A stretch of 64,000 nucleotides of DNA from Zygnema circumcarinatum SAG 698-1b (Eukaryota; Plantae; Zygnematophyceae): NCBI GenBank assembly GCA_037447605.1, contig CM074811.1, forward strand, positions 868,001 through 932,000, written 5' to 3'. A program made the translations under genes and the position numbers. The notes beneath the pieces are model-generated. The model ran no database searches, was not told where the DNA came from, and worked only from the letters and a program-made list of their open reading frames with translations. Shown in pieces: positions 22,600 to 32,924 of the stretch; the first letter of the stretch is position 1; each line of letters begins with the position of its first letter.

Positions 22600-23250
22600 A
22601 CAGCAACCTTGGGCCGTAGGCAGGGTGAAACAAGCGACCGAAGGGCCGTAGGCAAGCGAGCAAAGCGAGCGCAGTGAGCGCAGCGAACAGGCTACCGAAG
22701 GTAGCGCAGAGTGCATAGCGCCGCGCGAGCTGCGTTCGCTTGTTTCNNNNNNNNNNCCCTCTGGTCGCCCTTCGGTCGCTTGCTACGCCCTTCGGTAGCT
22801 TGTTTCACCGAGCGCAGAGAAACAAGCGAGCGAAGCTAGCGCGGAACTGGCGAGCGAAGCTCGCTCATGGTGAAACAAGCGAACGCAGTGAACGCCGCGC
22901 TACCGAAGGTAGCTTGTTTCACCGAGCGCGGCGCTACCTTCGGTAGCTTGTTTCACCGAGCGCAGTGGAACAAGCTTCCGAAGGCAGCGCCGAGCGACGA
23001 ACGAGGGTGACGAAGCAACCTTCGCGCCTCGCTTCTGTTGCTCGCACGCTCCGACGTAGCCTTTTGTTCAGAAAGCGCGCTTCGTTCACATTCACAGCCA
23101 CTAAGTAGTTCTAAAGCGCTCCAAAATGCATGCTCTTTTATCTGAAAGCTTTGCTTTCAAGTGAAGCTAACGGTGAAACAAGCTCACTTGTTCGCGCGGC
23201 GCTCACTTCGTTCGCTTGCTCACGCCGGGCTACCTTCGGTAGCTTGTTTC
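22600..23250. repeat. Organelle-type short dispersed inverted repeats (GCTACCGAAGGTAGC, GCTACCTTCGGTAGC, GAAACAAGCG, CTTGTTTCACCGAGCGC)
   Basis: Multiple reiterated copies of these small palindromes in both orientations between the two rps4 halves. Confidence 0.8.
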
Positions 23251-23285
23251 ACCCTTTTTGCAAGAAATACAAACAAGAATTGATT

Positions 23286-23773
23286 ATGGTTAGTTCTAAA
23301 TTTAAGGTGTCTCGTCGAATCGTTGAAAATATTTGGACTCACAAAAAGCTCACTCCAAAACAAAACACAATACTAAGAAAGTGCAAACAAAAATCAAATA
23401 GAAAACAGTCGGATTTTGCTAAACAATTACAACAACGAACCAAACTCTCAATGTTTTATGGAAATTTACCTAGAAACCAAATCAAACAGAATCAAAGTAC
23501 TTCGCAACTAGACAAACAGAAAAGCTTGTTATTGAATCTAGAAAGCAGATTAGATGTTCTTCTGGTTCGTATTCACTTTTGCTCAACACTCTTTGCAGCT
23601 AGACAGTTTATAGTGCATGGCAAAATATATGTCAATTTTCAGAAAGTCAATATTCCATCATTTTGTGTATCCAATGGTGATATTTTATCTATATCTCCTG
23701 ATTATTTAGAGTGTATGAAATGCATTGTAAGAGAGAATTTGGCACAACATAAAATATTACCTACAAAACCGTC
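23286..23773 (+). pseudogene. rps4: Mitochondrial rps4, 5' part (MVSSKFKVSRRIVENIW...LESRLDVLLVRIHFCSTLFAARQFIVHGKIYVN...KPS), truncated at the right junction
   Basis: Uninterrupted frame from ATG 23286 with the S4 RNA-binding motif E.RLD..LVR..F..T...ARQ.I.HG.I.VN. Confidence 0.9.
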
Positions 23774-23871
23774 GAAGGCAAGCGAACTTAGCTAGAACGC
23801 ACCGGTCTTGGTCATAGTCATGACTAATCTCATACATACATGTTCAGCCTAGGCGCAAATTTCCGCTCCTC

Positions 23872-23985
23872 GCTTTTCTCTTGTCCTTAGGTCCTTTGCG
23901 CCCAGTTAGTTCATTGTGGTTCCCCATGCTGATGTTGGCCATGCACATTCGAAGGCATGATCATCGCCATCGTGAGACCAATGCC
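23872..23985 (+). mobile_element. Orphan 3'-terminal remnant of the CRE-like retroelement (copy 2, ~115 bp)
   Basis: gcttttctcttgtccttaggtcctttgcg...gtggttccccatg...gccatcgtgagaccaatgcc aligns with the element's GCTTTCTCCTTTGTCCTTATGTCCATTGTG...GCCATCGTGAGTTCAA. Confidence 0.6.
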
Positions 23986-24697
23986 ACATCCTGGCATTGG
24001 ATTTTGCATTTTGGGAAGGTAAAAAAAAAAAATAGAGAGGTGGATTAACTCCGCGTGCGTTGCCCATGGGGTGGAGATAAAAACGAAATACTAACGCAAT
24101 AGAAAATAAATTTCCTTACATGTTTGATTCGTTTTTAGCCTTGATTTGTTCAGAAAACCTTCTAATGGTTTCTTACATTCCAATGTGTTTGTGTTTTTGC
24201 AGGACAAAAAAAAAAAAAAGCAGAGTTCAAACGTGTGCAAGCCTCCAAGAAGAGGGGGCACACTTTTTTAGATGAAAAACAATTTCTTTTCAAGTTAAAG
24301 AATTGAATGCTTGAAGTCGTCAAGTTTGTAATTTGTATTGTGCCGTAACCCAGCACGGCGTTGAAACTAACGGGTTCCCTGTTTTTACAGTATCAAGTAA
24401 CTAATCACAGGCTGCCACGTCAGCATAAACTTCTCGTAAAAAATCTAGTTTGTTGTCGAACTATTACGGGTCTCAGACGACAAGTGTCACAGTTGCTGGC
24501 GGATTTTCACGCTTGACTGCGGCACATAGAACCCGGTCCAAACCTCGTCCTTTCCCTCCAAAAAATGGCGAAAACCAAAAATTTGGGCGCGTCCCTGGTT
24601 TGAACAAAAGGTGCCGAGCCTGGTTACGAACCTACTCAAGACGTACGGAAACCAAAACTTTAATAGTTAAGGGCGTGCCGAACCATTACCGATCCTG

Positions 24698-24705
24698 ATT
24701 CGCGC
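24698..24705 (+). promoter_or_regulatory. Candidate E2F site upstream of RNR2
   Basis: ATTCGCGC fits the plant E2F consensus WTTSSCSS. It lies about 380 bp upstream of the ATG, with a TATA-like ctatata near 24809. Plant RNR small-subunit genes are known E2F targets. A short motif, so it could be chance. Confidence 0.35.
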
Positions 24706-25079
24706 CAGGGGGGCATCGAAAATTAGGTTCGGAATGAATCTGCAGAAGGCGCGAGCGCCGCCTTCAGCAGGAGCTTCAGCAGGACGAAGCTTGGAGGGCG
24801 CGCTCACTCTATATATGTGTGTGCAGAGCGAGGCTCATGGCCGTGCTTGTATTCATCCAGGTCGACTTTCACCGCTTCTTCTTAAGATTAAGAGCGGAAA
24901 AGTTTCTCTGTTCTGTCGGTTTTTAGGATTTGAGGGGTTGAGAATTTGAGTTTTTTGCAGGGCTTTAGCCTGCAAGTCTTGCAATTTTGGCGTTGTGAAG
25001 GAGAGCTGAGTGGTTTTCGGAAGGAATTGGAAGCATTAGCAGGAGAAACAGCCTAGTTTTGTCCCTGTGAATTCGCGAT

Positions 25080-27979
25080 ATGGCGTTTGGAGCGCCGCTG
25101 AGAGAGGTTGATGCGGAGCAAAGGGAGCAGGAAGAGCCGATTTTGGTGGAGAATGCGCAGCGGTTTTGCATGTTTCCAATCAAATATTCAGAAGTATGGG
25201 AGATGTACAAAAAAGCTGAAGCTAGCTTTTGGACAGGTAAGGTGTTAGCTCAAATGGTGGATGCAAGCAGCTGCTTGAATGATTGAGTGTGCTTGCATGC
25301 ATGCATGTGTTGGATGAACGGATTTTTCGAGGCTGTCTAAAAAATTGCGGCATCAGTTCATCATTTTGGCCCTATGTCAAATTGATACAATGTGTTTGCT
25401 GTGTTTCAGGTAAACATAGCAAACACTGAGGAGCAGACAATTTTTATTTTTACTCTCAGGAAGTGTTACAAATACCTAGAGCAAGGCCTCTCCTTGGAAG
25501 AGAATGCGTAACTGAGAATGCGCTGAGTTTGAAGCGGCTCAATGGCTGCATGGTTTAAGAAAAGTGCCTAAGCTGACGGATTGATCGAACAGCAGTGTTG
25601 CCACTCAAGTATGCCGTATTTATGTCAATTTTAATTTGCTAAAGTCCATCTATTTCTTAGTTTTTCATGTCCGTTTCTCCTTTTTAAAAAAAAAATATTA
25701 GCTGGAAAGGCAGCTTTCTTCTATTTTTGACGACAAGTGGTTGATTTGGCTGGAAGTTTCTATTATAAGGGCTCTCGTCGTCATCAGCTATAGGCCATTG
25801 ACATGACATTTTCGTTTTCGTTACGTTGCAGCTGAGGAAGTTGATCTTTCACAGGACGTGAAGCAATGGGAGAATCTGAATGGCGATGAGAGGCACTTCA
25901 TTAGTCATATTCTGGCCTTCTTTGCAGCATCAGATGGAATAGTCCTTGAGAATCTTGGAATACGCTTCATGAAAGAGGTGCAGATCCCGGAGGTAAGTAA
26001 GCTGTCGACGGGAATCACCTTTCATTGTAATGATGTTGCTGCTTCGTTATGAAACTGCGCTTCTAGACAAATTAACACAAAAGGTGGGTAAGAAAGGCTT
26101 AATGTGTACATTTACCTGAGGTGCGAGTTTGATTACTCAATGTGAACATACTGACATGGTAAAGAATGAAATCTGTTTAGCACAGGAGCTTGAAGGCACA
26201 CGTTTTCTTGTCTTCGCGTTTATTGCGTATGTGTGCAGGCACGAGCATTTTACGGTTTTCAGATTGCGATAGAGAACATTCACTCAGGTACGAAGTGTGC
26301 TTTTAGTTTGTATAAATTTCAGAAGTCCCTTCATTTTTGTTTTTTTTTCTGATAGGTTCCATGGATATTCCATGAGTTGGCTCTCTTACTGGCTATGAAT
26401 CTAATGAACTGAGAGTTGGATCAATGATTCCAGTATGGTTAACTTTTATGATTTGCTGTGTGTTAAACAGAAATGTACAGTCTGCTTTTGGAGTCATACA
26501 TAAAAGATCCGGCTGAGAAAGCAAGGCTGTTCAATGCCATTGAAACCATTCCCTGTGTGAAAAGAAAGGCGGATTGGGCTTTGAGGTGGATTGATGGACT
26601 CGACAGGTGAGTCTTCTGCTTGCTGTTATATATGTATATCGAAAAAACAACTTGGCTTTCCATCAGGCTGATTTGAACCCTACCAGTGTCGCTGGTTGCT
26701 TTTATGCATTTGCGTGCAACTCTGATTTTCCTTTCTGTTATTATTAGTACACAGACCAAGCCTGTGTAACTGAATGGTATTCATCTTATACAGGTCTACA
26801 TCTTTTGCGGAGCGTATTGTTGCCTTCGCATGCGTTGAAGGCATCTTTTTCTCCGGCAGGTATTAAGTTTTATCTTCTACAGCCATTATTTTGCCATATT
26901 ATGCATGCATTTCATTGACTTTTCAGGCTTTTCAAATATCCTGTTTTGGTTCTCGAGAATAACGCGATTTCTTTGCTATGTGCAGTTTCTGTGCCATATT
27001 TTGGCTGAAAAAGCGCGGCCTGATGCCTGGTCTCACATTCTCAAATGAGCTCATTTCAAGAGATGAGGGTCTTCACACCGACTTCGCATGCCTCCTCTAC
27101 TCGTATGTCACTGTATCCCCTCCGATTCACTTAGCAAATGGTGGAAGCAGTGCCAGCAGTTATTGACTAGATTTTCTGTTGTTGTGAATCCTGACTCTTG
27201 GAAATTGTATTAGCCCTGATCCTATTGCATAATATCCAAATAACTTTTCAAGGCTCCTGGAACGGCAACCTTGTTATACGTCACTGCCCGGTTTGGTGTG
27301 TCTGAATGTTATCGTTTTCTTTCGTGCTTTGTGCAGGCTATTGAAGAACAAGCTAAGCACAGAGAGAATCTTGGAGATAGTGACAAATGCTGTCGAGATT
27401 GAAAGGGAGTTTGTGTGCGAGGCTCTTTCTTGCGACTTGGTTGGTATGAATAAGGGTCTCATGAGCCAGTACATCGACTTTGTGGCTGACCGACTACTTG
27501 TAAGTTTCATTCATGCTATAGATGATGGAGCAATTGAGTTTCTAACCTAGCCTTTATTTGAATCAGTTTTGCTGAATCCAGGAGTGAATGGATATTGCTT
27601 GCTGCAGGTGGCGCTGGGCTACAACAAATATTACAATTCGACCAACCCGTTCGACTGGATGGAGCTCATCTCTTTGCAGTAAATTCAAAACCCACCCTTG
27701 CGAGCCGAACCTTCCAGATGACCTTCAGTATAAGTGCATAATTGTTCTTCCCTGCAGTCAGAAAGGGCTCCCAGCACTGCAGAACAACATTGTGGCAGAG
27801 GTCCTTTTCCCGCTTTGAAGTCTCTAGAGTACAGCTGTACTGACTTCACGCCATTGTCTCTGTGCAGGGGCAAAACGAACTTCTTTGAGAAACGCGTAGG
27901 AGATTATCAGAAGGCCTCAGTGATGGCTAACTTGAAGGGCAGCGAAGTGAGGGTGTTCAGCACTGACGAGGACTTCTAA
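25080..27979 (+). CDS. RNR2: Ribonucleoside-diphosphate reductase small subunit (RNR2/TSO2-like)
   Basis: Nine GT-AG exons: 25080-25236, 25832-25992, 26239-26287, 26471-26606, 26794-26859, 26986-27102, 27337-27499, 27608-27678, 27868-27979. They give [43 protein letters not shown] and KTNFFEKRV...DEDF*, so the di-iron ligands and tyrosyl-radical Tyr are intact. Confidence 0.98.
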
Positions 27980-28979
27980 ATAGATGCGAACATCAGGGAA
28001 ATGTGTGGCTTCTTCTCTGGAAGCTTGTCTTTGATGGCGGTATTCCTGAAAACCTTCAGTAACGCAGGTATTCTTTGACCAAGAATGTGCGTGACAGAAA
28101 GCAGAATCCTTCCTTTTTTGTAGTTTTTGTATACAGGAAGCGGGACATGTGTAAATAGTCTTTATGAGCTAGTGTTATCTGACTGCCAGTGTGGGTGCTT
28201 CGTCCGCCAGTGTGGCCTGTGGCGGGTATACTTTGCTTTAATAAGGCCGACTGCCAGTTCGTGTAGAGAGCAACGGATGTGGACTCATTTTTATGACATG
28301 CTCTGCTTGGGCGTGTCTCGGTGCCCAAGGGCCAAAAACTTTAAACCTTTTTTAGAAGGGATTCCTGCAAGAGCACACTCGTTGCTTGGCTTTGGTCCGC
28401 ATAGTTTGGTGTTTACGGGTTTTAGAACTCTGCTGGTGAAAAGTAACCCTGCAGAGGCAGGGGGAAAGAAGCTGCTCTGGGCTGTCTTGTGGCGTCTGGC
28501 AGGCAGCCTTTGCCTCTGCCCTGCTTGAATTGAGGTAATGGCGGTCCATAGGAGAGTGAAGTGTGGCTGCACCACTTCCCAAATGTTTGTCATATGCAGC
28601 TATGGTTGGGCATGAACCAATCACAGTTCTCCACGAATGGCAACACCTTCGTGGCAAACCTAGAATCGGCTCATGCAGTCGAAAGTACCTTCAACATAAG
28701 CCCTCGTTAGCCCTCTACATCCTTTAGTTACCACAATGAGTGATGTATGGCATATCATACATGGCATATGGTACAGCTCATCTGGTAAGCCCTGAAAGAC
28801 TTGCATCCCTCAGTTTAACAAGACATGTGTTGATGGTATAAATCCGTATGTATCAAACGCCTGTATAATACACCGTATTATTGTTATACGTGCGTATTAT
28901 ATAACATTTTAATATACCGTGTACTTTAAATGTATTTAACGTCTTTTTCTGCTCCCGAGCAATATCCGACAGTTTGGCC

Positions 28980-29021
28980 TTTATCCATGTAAATTTGATG
29001 GCCTCGCCATCGCGAGTTCAA
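28980..29021 (+). mobile_element. Orphan 3'-terminal remnant of the CRE-like retroelement (copy 3)
   Basis: tttatccatgtaaatttgatggcctcgccatcgcgagttcaa is a near-perfect inverted match to 29626-29668. Confidence 0.75.
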
Positions 29022-29625
29022 TGAAAGTTTGCGTATATGTCTTTTCTTCGTTTTCTTGCTTGATAGACAGATTGATTATAATAATAATCGAAGCTTCAAG
29101 CCGTAAGGCAGAACCAGGACACCTAACACCTTATACTAGTCTCAAAATAGTTGTATTGAAAAATGAGTCTACAAGAGCAGTTTCAAGGGGGACGGTGATG
29201 ATGGGACATGTGGTAGTGCTGCTACTTACAGCGGTGAATGCATCATGAGAAGGTTAGGGGAGAAGTTCAACTCCAGGTACAGTTCAACTTCGCGACCAGT
29301 CGGCGGTTCCTGCATGTCCACGTAACGGCGCCAGTTGACCCTTTTCGCACGTGCGACCTTATGATCCAAGCCTAGTTTTCCTCCGATCGGAACTCGCCAC
29401 GTAATCAGACTGTACGGAGTCAGACCCAATATCGTGTCGATAATGTTTCGTATCGGCAACGATACCTAATATGTAATTTTACAGTCGTAGGTGTGTACGG
29501 AGTCGTACATTTGTGTACGAGTCCGTACATTTTCTGTCGGAAGGGTGTACAGTACGGAGACGACCCTGAACCTAACATTAACAAGGGACTAGCACTTGAG
29601 TATTATACAGGAAAAAGGTGTTTGT

Positions 29626-30520
29626 TTGAACTCACGATGGCAAGGCCATCAAATGTACATGGATAAAATCGACATAGGCAACCAGAGGAAGCGGTCACAA
29701 TGGACATAAGGACAAAGGAGAAAGCCCCGAAACGGAAATCTACTTCTAGGCTCGACAACACGGCACTAAAAGCAGTCGCTAAGGTCGCCGATGTGGGTCG
29801 CAACACGCGCAGGAAGGGGTCGGAGATCACCGGGACGGGCCCCAACAACTGCTGCACGCCGAAGGATGGTGAAAGCAAGGCAGCGCGCTGCGAAGGGACA
29901 AAAATGCGCTGTCGATAAAAAGTCGCGAGGATCGCTGGGGGAGGGTGGTTTCCGGGGCCGTCCATCTCAAAGGAGCGGTGCGGTGGGCGCACTGGCGAAA
30001 GAAGACATCCGACCGAGCATCGAAGCAGCCAAAATTTTTGACAGCCAACGGAATAAACTCATCGGCATAACTCATCGGCAGAGTCGCGATGAGCATACGC
30101 GCGCTCCTTGCGGAGGGCCGCGTCTCGGGCTGCCACGGTTTCATGGTGCACAGCACGCGACGAATACAACATATACAACAATACAACATCCCCAAAAATA
30201 TGCCGAACACCATCTAAAAGCGCAAGGTCGGGACGCACTCCACACTCGCCATGCGCGGTCGGCGTAGGTGGTATAACATGGGTCGACTCGCGTTGCACAA
30301 GGAAACCCGCCTCTTGAGCCACCGCGGCAATCGCATCGCGAACAACACTGTGAGCCAAAATGGGCTCGCCACCGCGCACACAGCGAAGGAGGTGATCACC
30401 TTGCACATCAATCGAATGGCCACAACCACAAAGGGGAGAGCCCTGTAAAGGGGGGTGGGGGAGCCCAAGAAGAAAACGCGCGGCAAGCTGAAACTGGCTT
30501 GGAGAAAGTCGAAGTGTGGA
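29626..30520 (-). mobile_element. 5'-truncated, frameshifted CRE/SLACS-clade non-LTR retrotransposon (zinc knuckle, restriction-like endonuclease and 3' UTR)
   Basis: Translation across frameshifts: FLLGLP..CGCG..D..GDHLLRC..GG...H..VRD....A..AG..V.RE...RPD....DV...A.RKERAY...FIPLAV..FG...FF...QRAALL. This is the CCHC plus PD-(D/E)xK RLE signature of CRE-clade elements. One frameshift comes from a tandem duplication of TGCCGATGAGTT near 30060-30080. No RT domain remains. Confidence 0.8.
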
Positions 30521-30545
30521 AAAAAAAAACAGTACAGTATCACAG

Positions 30546-31656
30546 AGTGTAAAATACTGTACTGTACTGTATTGTAGGAAAATGATACAGCGGCCCCACT
30601 TTTTGGATATCGGCGCCCCCTTTTGGGAAAAAATGTACTTTTTTTTTTGGCTAATCACTCCCCCCCTTGGATCTTTCGGGAGGAGAGATCTTGTAGACAA
30701 TCGGACCCCGCGCCTCGCGCGCAGGATCCGACCGTGCACCGACGTACGGCGCCGCGCATCGCGGCGTGGCCCGCGAGATGCGGCGAGCCTACGGAAACGT
30801 TGTCCTTACCTGACCCTTTTGGGTCAAGGTTGCCACGTGGCAGTCTGCCATTGGACAGCCCTGCTGCCGGTCCCCCATGCCGATACAGTGGACCCCCATA
30901 ATATTTTCCACCTTGTACAGTGCGTCCCCAAGAAATTCGCCCCGATTTTGCCGAAACAACCATTTTGTACGGTAACTCAATGTTAACGTACTAGGGGTGT
31001 TAACCTAACCTGACCTATTATCCAATACAAAATCTGTTTATCGAAACGGATTTCAAACATGGGTCACGCTTTTACGCTGTACGGTAAGTACGAATAAAAT
31101 CTCTAAGTCGTACGGTATACGTACGGCACCAATAGGAGCTCGTGTATCTAAATCACGGTAAGATACGATACGATACGATACGATACGTACGAACAGACAT
31201 GAACTCTAACATAATACTGCTCGCCTATTGGTAACACGGACCTTATATTTGCAAATTACAATATTTTCGCCCAGTATTTGCCGAAACCATGGCGAAAATA
31301 TTATGAGGGTCCACTGTATCGGCATGGGGGACCGGCAGCAGGGCTGTCCAATGGCAGACTGCCACGTGGCAACCTCTGACCCAAACGGGTCAGGTGAGGA
31401 CAACTTTTCCGTAGGCTCGCCGCATCTCGCGGGCCACGCCGCGATGCGCGGCGCCGTACGTCGGTGCACGGTCGGATCCTGCGCGCGAGGCGCGGGGTCC
31501 GATTGTCTACAAGATCTCTCCTCCCGAAAGTTCCAAGGGGGGGGTGATTAGCCAAAAAAAAAAAGTACAATTTTTCCCAAAAGGGGGCGCCGATATCCAA
31601 AAAGTGGGGCCGCTGTATCATTTTCCATTACTGTATTAGTACAGTATTTTACACTG
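30546..31656. mobile_element. Non-autonomous foldback/MITE-like DNA transposon with ~360-bp terminal inverted repeats, Tc1/mariner-like ends
   Basis: 30546-~30908 is a highly similar reverse complement of ~31294-31655. The right end reads ...ttttacactg|TA (CAGTG terminus with TA flank). The left end is slightly mutated. The core has (GATAC)n and no transposase ORF. Confidence 0.85.
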
Positions 31657-32924
31657 TATCGAACCTCAACGTGTATAGTACAAAACATTTGTTGTTGGAA
31701 TGCCAAGTTGCATCACATCAGGTAAAGCCTAAATCACTGCATCCCTTAGTTTAACATAACGCGAGATGTATGGCATGCTAATTCACATTACAGCACGTCA
31801 ACCCACTGAGCGTCACTTCCATGTTAAAGTACTGTGTCCATCGTCCATGGCAATGCAATTTGTCGTGCCATGTTTTCATGCATCACATCACCGCGAGGAC
31901 GTCACTGACCAGATTGCATGTTAACCAGAAAATATCAAAATTAGTCAACGAATTCAATTGAGATTCGTTCGTTAGATTCAGAATTGATTTTCACTTTTCG
32001 GTTCAAGTCGTGGAGGTCAGGGTCCTCACATCACGATACATCCCAGCACAAAAAACATCAGCAAGTACAAGCAAAAACAAATGGTCATTAAAGAAAAGGG
32101 ATTCATCTAAAAAATGATGAATTCCACAAGAAAAAGAGGTTCCAGAGTTCCGCATCCTCCTTCCCTGCCCTACTCTCGACCCAGCACCACCTAAAAAATC
32201 AGCTTCACCAGCCCAGCTCAGTGTTTACCACTGTCCTGCCAAAGAAATGCTAACCAATCTGACTAATGAAGCACAAAGTGCATGCTCAACAAAACACAAG
32301 ACTGTAGTTTAAAAGTAGGCGACCGAGATCAGGACCAGGACGCACATCCCTCCTCCCAACCTCTGGGCCTTGCTAGCAATAATTATACCCAAAACCCAAA
32401 ACCCCAAACCCTATATACCATAGAAATGATGATGACGGCACGCTCAGCCATTGGTATACAAATGTCGTAAGAATCGAGGCCCTTCCCTTCCTCCCATCTC
32501 CACGGCCAAAAAGGTGATGCTTGCACATCATAACTATAGCAAAAGCTGTGCTGACTGCATCCTTGAAAATCATTACTTAATCAAAATGTGTGCTGGCTGC
32601 ATCCTTGCACATGATAACATTACCAAAGGTGTGCTGACTGCAGCAGGCAGACAGCAGGCGCCCTCTCCATACTTGATGCCGAAAGTCTGGAAACATGTCC
32701 TCACCCTCAAAATAACCCTGCAGCTCATGCCCTTTGGCACAAGACCGAGGTTCCGCGCACTCAAATCAACTCAACTCTCCTCCCCTCCCACCTCTGTCTC
32801 TCTCTTTCTCTACGCTCTACCTCCCTCCGCCTCTGGAGCCTTTCTCCGAGTCCCTGCCTTCCTTTCTCATAGAAGTGATCCCGAAAAGAATGAACAAACC
32901 TCCCCCGCCCCCGCCCCACCTCCC

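Larger units (their letters stand above)
22246..23773 (+). other. NUMT: mitochondrial DNA insertion with circularly permuted rps4 and hairpin-rich spacer, spanning an assembly gap at 22747-22756
   Basis: AT-rich, intronless rps4 coding sequence of mitochondrial type sits on both sides of repetitive spacer DNA unlike the flanking nuclear DNA. 22335-22420 is identical to 23688-23773. Confidence 0.85.

Noticed and set aside
23130-23285. N-terminal extension of the 221-aa rps4 ORF (MLFYLKALL...)
   Set aside because: Read-through of the repeat spacer; homology starts at the ATG at 23286.
29236-29575. Possible additional MITE between the two inverted CRE tails
   Set aside because: The candidate termini (aggttagggg / ccctgaacct) are too short and imperfect and there is no TSD; only the GTAC richness was kept.
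30516-31621. Mirror-image ORFs on both strands
   Set aside because: They reflect the inverted arms of the foldback element and have no transposase motifs.
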